Source: Vicugna vicugna
Taxonomy: Eukaryota
Direction: 5' to 3'
DNA length: 64,000 bases
NCBI GenBank assembly: GCA_013265495.1
Contig: MU058241.1
Location: 1,553,249-1,617,248, forward strand
Shown here: piece by piece, positions 12,896-24,000 of the stretch
Layout of the letters: every line of letters starts with the position of its first letter
How positions within the stretch are numbered: the first letter of the stretch is position 1
Program-made: the position numbers and the translations under genes
Notes under the pieces: model-generated
Told to the model about the DNA's origin: nothing
The model's input: the letters and a program-made list of their open reading frames with translations, nothing else
Database searches by the model: none

Positions 12896-13194
12896 CTATT
12901 TCATTTGTGTAAAAATTTAGAAAGTACTGTTTCCACAGGTTTCTGAATCTAAACAACAAATCTAAAAAAAAAAAAAAAGTAATGTATCTACTCTGTCTAC
13001 ATGGCCAGACTCACAAATTATCATCACCAATTGCAATGAAGGGACTATTTCATTTGTGTAAAAATTTAGAAAGTACTGTTTCCACAGATGTTTGTAAATC
13101 TAAACAACAAATAAAAAAAAAAAAAAAAAGTAATGTATCTACTCTGTCTACATGGCCAGACTCACAAATTATCATCACCAATTGCAATGAAGGG
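12896..13194. repeat. Direct tandem duplication, 2 copies of about 149 bp
   Basis: Copy 1 at 12896-13043 and copy 2 at 13045-13194, near-identical apart from a short patch and the A-run junction. Confidence 0.95.
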
Positions 13195-14174
13195 TAAAAT
13201 CTGAGTGTCAGCAATCCAGGGAAATAAAAAAAGATACATGTTCAAAATACTGATGAATATACACATGGCATTATCCCTGTGACTGTGAGTCCAGTGTGGG
13301 TTCATTTAATGCTAATGGTTTCTGACGGTAAGTTTCAGTCTAAAACCCACACTCCCAGATCATGGACTTAAATGTATCACCTTGTGACACAGCTCAGTGA
13401 AATGACTGTATGGCCAGACCTTAAGGTTTACCACTGCTTTTATATCCCAAAGCCTTTTAGAGTGCCACGTGTAATCCTGAAAGGCTGGCATCCTCAGAGC
13501 CACGTTCTGTGAGTCATCACCTCCAAAGCCTGTCTGAACACACAGCATCAGGGAATATGAATGTTCTGACAACAAACCAAGGGCAAATTCAAACACGGAT
13601 TACCCTTGGAAGGATTCTGTTCTTCTTCTTGTTGTTTTAATTAATGATCTCATTAGAAATGTGTGTCGAGAAACCATAAACCATGCAGGCACTCAGAACT
13701 ATAGCAACGGAGCCATCTCCACCTTTTGGCAAAGACAGAGTTCCTAACATCTGGGGCCAGAGCGGTGCGTCTGCAGCAGCCACCTGGAGAAGACAGCCAG
13801 GTTTAGCTGACGGCCCTTCCAGCCCCAGATGTCCTCATGGAGACAGAGTCAGTATAAGAGGCACCTCGGTCCTCATTTCCCTCCCTCCCTCCTATTTGCC
13901 TCCAGGGTTCACTGCTGATCAGACCACCCTAGAGCCAGAAACACAGGGTCCACGGATCTTATCCACACGGATCAGCCTCCCAGGGCCCAGATCAAGAAGA
14001 AAAAAAGAGGATGTAGGCAGGTGAAGTGGATGACGTGGCACAGTGAGGAGACGCCGCCATCCCCACGGGACAGCAGCGCCATGATAGTCTGCGATCCCCC
14101 TCAGCTCTGCGAGATGATCCCCCACCGTCCACAGAACGTAAGCATTAGATCTCTCAGCTGTACCACAAGCATCA

Positions 14175-14410
14175 TGGTGAGCACTGGCTGAGCACCGCCT
14201 GTCAACACCAGGCACTGCGCTGCACCATCTGGGAATCATCCCCTTTAATCCTCCCAACGGTGCCATCACAGAGGTACTATCTCATCAGTCACATTTCAGG
14301 CATGAGAACCATGAGCACTAGGGGAGAGTCCACAAACTTTTCCTGACTGCAAGGGTGGAAAAGAGGAGAACTGGGATGCACGTGTGGGCAGTCCAAGCCC
14401 AGAGCCCGTT
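14175..14410 (-). mobile_element. MIR SINE
   Basis: ctgagcaccgcctgtc..ccaggcactgcgct..tttaatcctcccaac..gaggtactat..catttcagggcatgagaac. Confidence 0.6.
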
Positions 14411-15508
14411 CGCCACTCCCCAGAGTAAGTGGGCCTTAGCGTCACCGAATATCAGGGGTTTTCTGGGATGCATGGTGTCAGACCACCTGGAGAACCACAC
14501 CTAGACTGCCATTCGAAAAAGGTGCCCCTACTTTCTTGTCTAGCTCATGATCACAGCCGCTGCTGGACTTGGCGAGCAGACCGGTGAGGCCACACACCGT
14601 AGACAGCCGCCGGCTGGGTCTCCCTGTTCTAGGATGAGAGAAGTTGAGAAAGCACAAAGGGGTTACAGCTTTCTCTCTGCCAGCAGACACACAACTCCAG
14701 CCAAGTCGCAGCCTGGTGCAGTGATGCAGCCCCCTTCTGCAATGTCCCAGAGACCCTACCAGAAAAGACACACTACTTCCTCCAGCGCTGCGTACATTCA
14801 CTGTCCACCTCCACCCTGGTCTCCTGCCCAGGGTGCCCCTCTCTCTGTTGCCAAACCAGAACCTCCTGGGACGTCAGCACATATTTCCTGATGCTTCTTG
14901 TCCCTTGAGGACACGCTCCCTTCTTAAATTCCGAAACTAAGCATCCACAGAAAGAATGGATATTGAAAACGGCAACCAAGACGAATCACGCCATATATTC
15001 AAAAGTGGCTGGACACACGATACAAAAGTCACATTCCACTGTTTTCCTCTCTCATCACAAAACGTCACTGTGATTAGTGAAAAACAAAGAAACAAACAAA
15101 AAAGCTGACTCTTGCCCTCTGGATGGCTTCACTCCAAATAGCTTTTGGCTCTCCTTACTTTCACTGACAGATCAGTCCAATCTTCATCCTGCTATTGTGG
15201 GCAAAGGTCATCCCAAGTCTTCATTTCTTCCTAGAAATGAATATCTCATCACGTTGATGTCACGGGTACTCTCTTGCGCAAAAGCTCTTGGTACTTGCAC
15301 TAAGATTTTATTCAACAGTCTCACCACCATCCTGACTTCACCACTGCAGTCTGCGTGACGCCTATCAACAGTCTAGGGCCCTGGGAGGTTATCTAGCACA
15401 CCTTGAAGGAGCACACCCTCCTCACACCCTGCCTTTCAAGTTGGATGTCCACAGTGCACTTGGCGTTCTTCGATTTTTGTCTTGCTCGGCCCTTCTCTTG
15501 ACATCATT

Positions 15509-15856
15509 TGCCATAGACTGAATGTTTGTGTCCCTCCAAGATCCATGTGCTGATGTTCCCAATGTGATGGTATTTGGAGGTGGTGCCTTCGGGAGGTGCT
15601 GAGGTCGTGAGGGTGGAGCCCGTACGAGTGGGATTAGGGCCCTTCCAGAAAAGACCCCGGGGAGCTCCCTCGCCCCTTCCTCCATGTGAGGACACAGCGA
15701 GAAGGTGACCACCTGTGAACCAGGAAGAGAACTGTCACCACGAACTAAGGCAGCTGGGACCTCGATCTTGGACTCCCAGCCCCCAAAACTGTGAGAAAGC
15801 AGTGTCTGTTGTTTGCGCCCCTCAGTGTCATAGCTCAGCCTGCACAGACGAAGACA
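15509..15856 (+). mobile_element. MaLR solo LTR (MLT1A0-like), full length
   Basis: TG...CA termini; tgccatagactgaatgtttgtgtccc..gtgatggtatttggaggtgg..ccatgtgaggacacagcgagaagg..aactgtgagaaa..aagaca. Confidence 0.85.
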
Positions 15857-17261
15857 TTATATAATCAAACAATATAGGACATTTTTTGGTACCAGTATTT
15901 TGGGAAGTTCTTCATATCAGTTCAATTTTGGGGTCTTTAAATCTTCTCATCTAGGTCTTACTGAGAACATTTGAACACGTGAAGACCAGGTGAACGAGTC
16001 TCATCGTGTGGACACCTTCTGATGTTTTCTAAATAGGCACTTGTCTCCTACCTCAGTTATCCTTGTGGAGAGTTACAAAAAGTGGAATCATACAAACGTT
16101 AGCCTTTATTTATACCCATGCAAGTACGTGCACAAAATTTCTCTGTGGTCCTGGAAAACAGGAAACCTGTTAGATCAAAGCTCACTCACCTCTGTGAGCT
16201 TTAAAGCGAGTTAAAGATATGACTGTCTGGATTTGGGGGTTTGATTTATGCCCCAGGATCAAGAAGGTGGCACTGAAGTCATGGTGTGTCTACGACTTCT
16301 GTCCTTTTAGAAGTCCTGCTTTCAAATCAAGAACCAGCTCAGACACATCTTTGTGTCCATGTCGGTTCACGCAGGGTCGAATCGAAGGTGGAAAAAGTCC
16401 TGACAACTTTACATTAAATTTGGAACACAGCTGGGTTTCTCTAGTGGCACAGAATTCTAAAGCATCTGCAACGTCTTCCCCAGTCAAGCAAAGAACCTCA
16501 CTGTCCACACGTCATTCAGATCAGAAACAAAACCGCAGCACACAGCCCATGTCTTCTGGTGAATCCTTGAAGGTGATGGCTTTGATGGTGAGCTTTTGTC
16601 CAACTCAGAAAAATGTCATAATTATTGAGGATGATCTAAAAAGAGTCATTTTTCATCCTGGACACTGAGGAAAGATAGGAAAATACATGCTGTCCAACTC
16701 GCTAATGTCTTTTATATTTTTGTAGAGACAATTTATGAGTTTCTCCGGGAAAGTAAGAAAGTAAAGGTTAGCAAGCCAGAGGTTAACGGAATAGATGGAA
16801 AGAGTTGTGCATTTTCGACTGCATTTCTTTCCAAATATTTTGAAGGCTCACTCAAATGATTTTCTGACAGATACACTTGTGCGCAAAAAAAAAAAAAAAG
16901 CACATCTGTATTCCTGGAATAAAGATGACAAGTGGCATGTCTTTCTTGGAATATGTGAGCTGATGGTTTTGCCCTCGGGGGGAAGAAGCATCTGGACCAT
17001 TTTATCTGGGCGCCATAGCAACAGGAGGCCAATGACCAAGAGAGGATTCACTTCAGAGGGTCGGGATGCCGTTCTGTATCTCGAAACAGCTCACGGTTAA
17101 ACACGGCTCTTCCTGTATGCCCATACGGGTCAGGGCGCTGGATTTAATGATCCGGGGTTAATGCCTCCAAAGTTGCTTCCTTGGGCTTAGAGGGGACACT
17201 GGGAGGAGAAAAAGGACAGGAGAAGAGAAAAAAGGTGCCTGTCTAAGAAGTTAGGTCGTTG

Positions 17262-17710
17262 GATTTGATGCCCACGGCTGCTGTCACCAATGACCACACG
17301 TTGCAGGGCTTACGTCAACACGTATGCAATCTCTTACAGTTCTGGAGGTCGTACGTCTGAAAGAGACGTTAAGGGGATAAAATTCAGGTGCTGACAGAAC
17401 GGCGTTTCTTCTAGAGACTCCGAGAGGAATCCATTCCCTTGCCTCTCCCAGCTTTCAGAGGCGACCAGGTTCCTCGGTTCCATTCGGACCTCTGCTTCTG
17501 TTCACATCTTCTCTGGCTCTGACCTCCTGCCCTCCGCTTACAGGGACCCTTGTGGGTACGATCCAGGATAACCTCTCCAACTCAAGTTCCTTAACTTGAT
17601 CACGTCTGCAAAGCCCCTTCGCCACGCAAAGTGACAGGTTCATCATTTTCTGAGGAGTACAACGTCAGCGTCTGTGGCAGGTGGGGAGAGGTCATTATTC
17701 TGCTTACCAT
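17262..17710 (-). mobile_element. MaLR solo LTR (MLT1C/D-like)
   Basis: ggctgctgtcaccaatgaccacac..ttacagttctggaggtc..gaatccattcccttgcctctcccagct..atccaggataacctc..cacgtctgcaaagcccc..cattattctgcttacca. Confidence 0.8.
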
Positions 17711-18139
17711 ACTCATCCTAATGGGGATGTCGAGAGATTTCCTCAGACTCCTCAAATGGATTTTGAGAAGACACTTCCTTACTTGGGTAACAGAGTGAAC
17801 TCTCACCATGGCCTGATCTTACGCCTTCCAGGTCTTCGCTTCGTGAATTTCCAGCCATTCTTTGTCCCCACTGAAATGCATTCTCTTTCCTTTGTATGAA
17901 TCTTGGCCTCTCAACCGCGATGCTAGTCAAATTACAACGCCCTCTCTCCCACTAGCCCTTTGGGGTCACTCACCTGCAAGCTGTATTTTTCCCCCCAACT
18001 CCTTTTCACTATGCCATTTCTGTCTTCCACCGTTGCCATTCGGGTGCAAGGCAGACCCCCAAATCAGCCTGGAGGACAATACCCCTGTTCGGGTCACCTT
18101 TGTACCCTGAGCCCTAAGCATAGCTTCTTGCACGTGACC

Positions 18140-18270
18140 AACCCACTCATTCATGCATCCATGCATTCACTGAAGAAATATTTCCTGAGCACATACTAAG
18201 TGCTAAGCACTATTTTAGGTATTTTAAAAAGTGGGTGAATCAACAAGTGAATGAATGCATTCATTGCTTC
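18140..18270 (-). mobile_element. L2 3' terminus
   Basis: cattcatgcatccatgcattcactgaagaaatatttcctgagcacatactaagtgctaagcact. Confidence 0.6.
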
Positions 18271-18331
18271 GTACTCTAATGAAAATGGATTGCCAGCATA
18301 AAGTGTTCGTGGCTTAATTTGCAGTCCTCTT

Positions 18332-18484
18332 GGAGGGAGGGTATAGCTCAAGCTTGCGGAGGGTATAACTCAAGAGGTAGAGCACATGCTCAGCATGCAC
18401 GAGGTCCTGGGTTCAACCCCAGTACCTCCTCCAAATACAAATAAATAAATAAACTTAATTATCTCGCTCTCATTAAAAAAAAAA
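18332..18484 (+). mobile_element. tRNA-Ala-derived SINE with duplicated 5' head
   Basis: ggagggtata(g/a)ctcaag occurs twice, followed by a normal body and A-rich tail. Confidence 0.88.
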
Positions 18485-20644
18485 TGGAATCCTCTCTATA
18501 GAAGCATTTATTATTTCAAAGAAATTAGTTGTACCAATATCATAACCTGAAAAGTCAAGGAAACAGCATTTTCTACAATCAGGAAAAGATTATAGAGTCT
18601 ATTCAAATCACCTAGTCCACAGGTCATAACGAATGCTCAAGGAAAGTTAGACACACTGATGATTATTTTCTCATGAGTTGCGTCAGAGGAGGAATTGGCA
18701 AGAGCAGTGCCTGTTTGTCTCACTGGGAATGCGTCTGCTGCCCGTTCGCACATGACGTAGAAAGAATCCATTTCTTTTTGCAACACTTTGGGGAAACGGC
18801 AAAGCCATGTCGATACACGTCCTGAACAAAACTTGTGGATGAAATGTGTGCATCAGTATTTATATCCGTATCTACATATCTTCTCCACTATAAGAAACTT
18901 TTTTCTCTTTTATTGGCACTTAGATTTATTCCATCGGTCAAGCTTTTAGTCAACTGAAGTTCCACTGTGGATTGCCTCTCCAAAACCTTTGGGAAGATGG
19001 GAGCAAATAAACCCTCGACTGGCTTGCAGCACACTTACTCTGTTTGTACAGGGTGTTGATTTGTTCCAGCCTTTTATGAGACGGCCAGGAAAAAAAAAAA
19101 CTGCCTCTCTATTTTACACTGAGAAAATGAATTTTACATCGATTACAACACAGACCTTTAGTAAGTATCTCTAATAGATTTCATTGACTCCACACACGCC
19201 CACAATAATAGAAAGATTCAATGCGAATACATCATACATGAGAAATAAATAAAAGTTCCAAGAATGAACGCCTGGATCTAGTTTTCCGACTACGATTTCA
19301 TTCCATTCCATTCCCTGTTCCTTCCTTTCTTATGATGTCCTGATTTCTTGTTAAGAAAAGACAGAACACGTGTTCACAACAAGCAAGCTGTCTCTTCCCC
19401 GACCTCGCCAACAGTCTTGCACTGATGTTGAAGGCATTTTCTCTGGATAACGCCCCCTTATTTTAGATGAGCCTCCTGGATTCCCAGCGCAAAGAGGCAC
19501 ACGCTGGACACTGATGAACACAACCAAGACACACGTTTTCGCTCCACTCCTCTCTCTACCCATTCAGTCTCTCCGAAGAAGATACAACCTGTGGGTGCCT
19601 GTTCCCATGACTTTAAAAGAACGTGGAAAGAAGTCAAAACCTCTCCTCTTTAATGAATTCTTTCGTTTGGAAACTGATGGACAGGCTTAGGATCACCCCA
19701 AATAGGAGGGGATTTGAAGGACACTAGGAAAACGGGGATGGAGGACCCTGGAAGACGGGATTCTTAGCTGCAGAACAGAACTACACCTCTCCATCCCTCC
19801 CGGAACTGCTATCCACCAAGACGAGGAGGCTTCTCTCAATGGAAGGACCCCCCACCCCCACCCCAAGTAGCTTCCTTAGTTCCTGTCTCACACCAAGGAG
19901 TCAGGCTCAAGGGAAATCCCGCTCAACCGAAGACTCTTTCCCTCTTTGACCTTACTTTATGTTTAGCACTAACTACGGCTCTTCGGAAAGTGTTGGACTT
20001 CCCGCTACGTTACAGGGAACCATAAAAACAACGGTCCACAACCTTCAGCCCGAGCACAGGATGAGAACCGCTAACACCACGCACAAGGCACAGAGAGCCT
20101 TGCACACTGAAACGGACCCTAGAATCGACAGGAAGGTCTTCATCTAGCTCCTTCCTTCCAACCTCGCTGTGAACCCGGCTCTAAGAGTCAGTGCACCAGC
20201 AGCTGTACTCGAAGAGGGTTGGGAGTCCGATGGAGTGACCTCAGGGAACAAAGACAAGACGGTCACTAGAAGCTGGCTGAACTCACCCTTGCCTGGGAAG
20301 GAGCGTGAGAACTGACTCTTGGACGAGGAGGAACTGGCCGGATAAATCCCAGGTAACTGGGCTTCACAAGGGCATCCCTGCCCAGGAATGACGAGTCGGA
20401 GAGACGTGCTGGGAACTGCTGCTCCCCCTCGTCCAGCCCGGAAACCTTGCCAGGGTCACAGACGGACAGGGCTGCGGCCTGCGTGCACCTGTGACAGCGG
20501 TCCTTCCTCACGCTTCTGTCCCCGTGCCCGGCCTGGCCCGTCTGCCGGCCGCCTTCCCTCTCCTCACGCCCGGCAGCCCTGACTCACGACGTCTGACGAA
20601 TCACAGCTATGTTCTTCTGAGCCTGACTTTCAAAACACTCACTG

Positions 20645-21015
20645 TGACTCCTCCCCTGGGTGTGCATCTGAACAAAATGAAAACGCTCACTTGAAAAGAT
20701 ACACGCACCCCCATGCTCACAGCAGCACCGTTTACAATAGCTGAGATGTGGAAGCAGCCCAAATGTCCGATGGCAGACGACTGGATAAAGAAGCTGTGGC
20801 ACTCATGTATATGGACTGGAATGGAATATTACTCAGCTGCAGAAGAACGAAATTTTGCCATTTACAGCAATATGGATGGACCTACAGGATGTTATGCTTA
20901 GTGAAATAATTGAACAGAGAAAGCCAACAACTCTGTTATCACCGATGAGTGGAATCCAGAAAATAAAAAATAAAATGAATTAGTGACTATAACAAAACAG
21001 AAACAGACCCTAACT
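20645..21015 (+). mobile_element. L1 3' fragment (GC-shifted)
   Basis: Encodes MLTAAPFTIAEMWKQPKCPMADDWIKKLW (L1 ORF2 end) plus the start of the 3' UTR. Confidence 0.85.
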
Positions 21016-24000
21016 ACTCTTAAGCTATTGGCGTGATCTCTTTGAAACACAAATGTGGATTTCCCGGTACACATGTCTTTCACTACGAGACGCAACTCCA
21101 CGAATGCCCTGTCCACCTGGTGAGTCCCCAACTTCATTCTGTCCCCAGATGCCAGGAGACATCTCCCGCCTCTGCCCCTTGCTCCAGCCCCTGCCTGGAG
21201 CGCCCTCCCCACAACCTGACCTGGCTGACTCCTACGCCTTCTTTAAGACATAGTCACGCTGCAACCCACTGGGAAGGTCTCCCACAGTGATGTCTGTGCC
21301 CCTGGGCTGGAGGAAGGCACCGCTTTCTGTCAAGCGGCTTTGACGCGTCCATCCCCGTCTGCGTGCATTTATGGCCCCTACGTTCCCTGCTACGGTACAC
21401 TTCGGCACAGAAGCTGCCACCTCTTGGCACTTGGATAAAATCGCTTGAAAAGAGTGTGTTAAAAATGAATGAAGGTTCCATCACCTCCATGCTTCAGCAG
21501 AACGAACTCCGCAGGCTTGACCCAAGCCCAGTTTGCACGTCTGGAAATTGAGCTGAGCACAGGCCCGCCCCTTAGGGAGCCAGCGTTCATAAAAGTTTAA
21601 TTTCACACTTGGTGCATTCAAGGTGATATATAAGAACCCTGCACGTCAGCAGAGGAGGCTGGGAAGTACTGGGGTGATCACTGGAAGGGTCTACTGGCCA
21701 AGGGCTGTGAGCCGTGCAGGGGAGAGACCACACGTGTCCTGCAGAAACGTCAAGAAAGGTCGTGGGTTCCCGGAGAGAGCCCTGCAGGACACTCACCTAC
21801 CGCACAGCTGAAGAGACGTTCAGATAACTCTCCAGAGATAGCACAAGAAAGCTAAGAACACAAAAGGGTCCTGACAAAAGCCAAGCGGGCTGCCCTGAAG
21901 TCTAGGAAGGGGCCGTGGGTTTCCCGTCAGAACAAAGCCCACGCATGTTCAGTGAGGACGGGACGGGTCTGCCCCGCGTCCAGAGTCACCTCAAGGGCAT
22001 CTGTCCTGCGGCACGACGCTGGAGAACGGGCCACGAGGCTGGTGAACGTGGCACACTCCGCCAGCCATAAGACGGCCGCGTAACCAACCCTCCCTCCACA
22101 GGGAAGTAAGCAGGTCGTGTGCACGTATCTGGGGGTGGAGCTGTGCTGCCACGTCTGGGATTTGGCTGGACGTTGGGCGAGACAAATGACCTCAACTGGG
22201 ATGAGTCTGTGCCTCAGTGCTGCTCCATCCTCCTCCTGGGACCTGTTGGGAGACTGGGCTCAGCCACGCCATGGTTTTGGCGGGGAGAAAGGGGAAACGG
22301 AAGCAACCAAATGCTTCCTGGAGCCTCTGCCTGCACCCCGTCCCACGGACCAAGACGCACACACAGGTCCCCTGCAGGGTGACACAGGAAAGGACGTGAG
22401 CACGGGGTGGGGGAAGCCCTGGGGCCGTGAGCACCACCGTTCTGCTCCCCATCACACAGGAGGGCTCGGAAGGAGCCCTTCTCCAACCACAGCTGTCAGC
22501 TCTGCTGTCAGATCCGGCGAAGAAAGGACAAACCGCTTCACTAAATCCAACAAAGAGAACTTCATCACTGCAAATCCGTTTCAAAGGTGGTTCAGTCCTC
22601 AAAAAGCAAAAAGGGATGCCACAAAAGAGGCAGAGGTGATGGCCGCCGAAGTGACTTTCATCCCTCGGCTCGGCACAGAGAGAGGGGTTAGGAGACCCAG
22701 AGGCACGGGAAGCGCGGAGCTCAGCCAACGGGACTGGACGCCAAGGGAGGACGCTGCCTGGTGGGCGCAAGGAAGCTGGTCTGGGAAGTCCAGAAAGATG
22801 GGACGGTGGCCTCTGTGAGTAGCTTCAGTCTCTGCCTCTTCATGGGGACCCGAGTCAGCCTGAAGAATGAAGTACTGCTTGACGGTGGTCACACAGCCCG
22901 GTTTCGGGCACCCATGGGATTCCGTGTGGGCTCCCAAGCCTGCAGCCCAGTCTACTGCTAGAGCCTCACGCTGGCTCCATCGGTGAGGACCTCAGCGGTT
23001 AGGGATACGTGAGGCATCCACGTACATCCCAGGCGTGCGAGGACTGATGAGCATTTAACAGGACAGGACGTGCAGCATTCTCAACGACAGCATGTGTGCT
23101 TTGGTGCCAACCTCAGGGACTGAGAGCAGCGAGCACTGAAGTGAATAAAACGGGGGCCATTAGCCAATGCCCTCCCACTCCACATGTGGGGACAGAGTGT
23201 CTGGCTGTGACTGCAGCCTTGTGACGGCTTCTGGTTGAGACCAGGGAACCTCCAGGTGTACAAAATAATGAAGAATTGAAATCTGGAAACGTTCTTCAAG
23301 GCAAACCGGTGGTTTTGTGTCAGGGTGTTAACTGGGTTGAGGAGAAGGCTCAGGGCTGGGCATACGTTAGCCGAATCCACTTGTGTTCCTGTTTTTCCCT
23401 CTGTCTCCGACTCCCCTCCCCTCGCCGGCCTCCTTCCCCCCACCCCCCCCCCCCTTCTCTCTGGCTTCTCCTCTTTTCCCACCCAGCCTTCCCTCTGACT
23501 TCTCCTCTTTACCCACCCATAGGACTATTCCTCTTGACCTCTAACTCCCGGCTTCGGCTGTAACACATACCCATGTAACTTTTTTTCCTGAACAGAAACC
23601 AGCTCTCCTGGCAGACACTGAGCTTTGTCCATGGATATGAGCACACCTGCCAGGGCGTTTAGAGGCGGGCAGCAGACAGATTTTTCCACACATATAAAAC
23701 ACCCCCGTCCTGGGACTCCACCCGCCATTGCTCAGGCACACGCACACAAGTTCTCCCCATTAAGTCCCCAGGGAGTCAGCGCATGCCAGCGCTGACATGA
23801 CAAGCCCTGCTCACCACCCAGCACCACACGAATCAATGTGATTTTCCACTGACCTTGAAACCAAGACGACGAAGGAGACTGACACAGAGATACTAGAGTG
23901 CTCAGACATGAGAAGATTTCGCACATCCACCTTCGGATCTAAGGACCTACTACTGTAAAAAGACACTGAGAGCTTAGACACGGACCTGCTATTGGAGCTG

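Noticed and set aside
12896..13194. CRISPR-like or prokaryotic repeat array
   Set aside because: Only two long copies with no spacers, in a mammalian context. No CRISPR, operon or phage signal is visible anywhere in the window.
22117..22818. Longest ORF (233 aa) and the overlapping 192-aa antisense ORF
   Set aside because: No recognisable domain or splice structure. Long ORFs are expected in GC-rich, stop-poor sequence.
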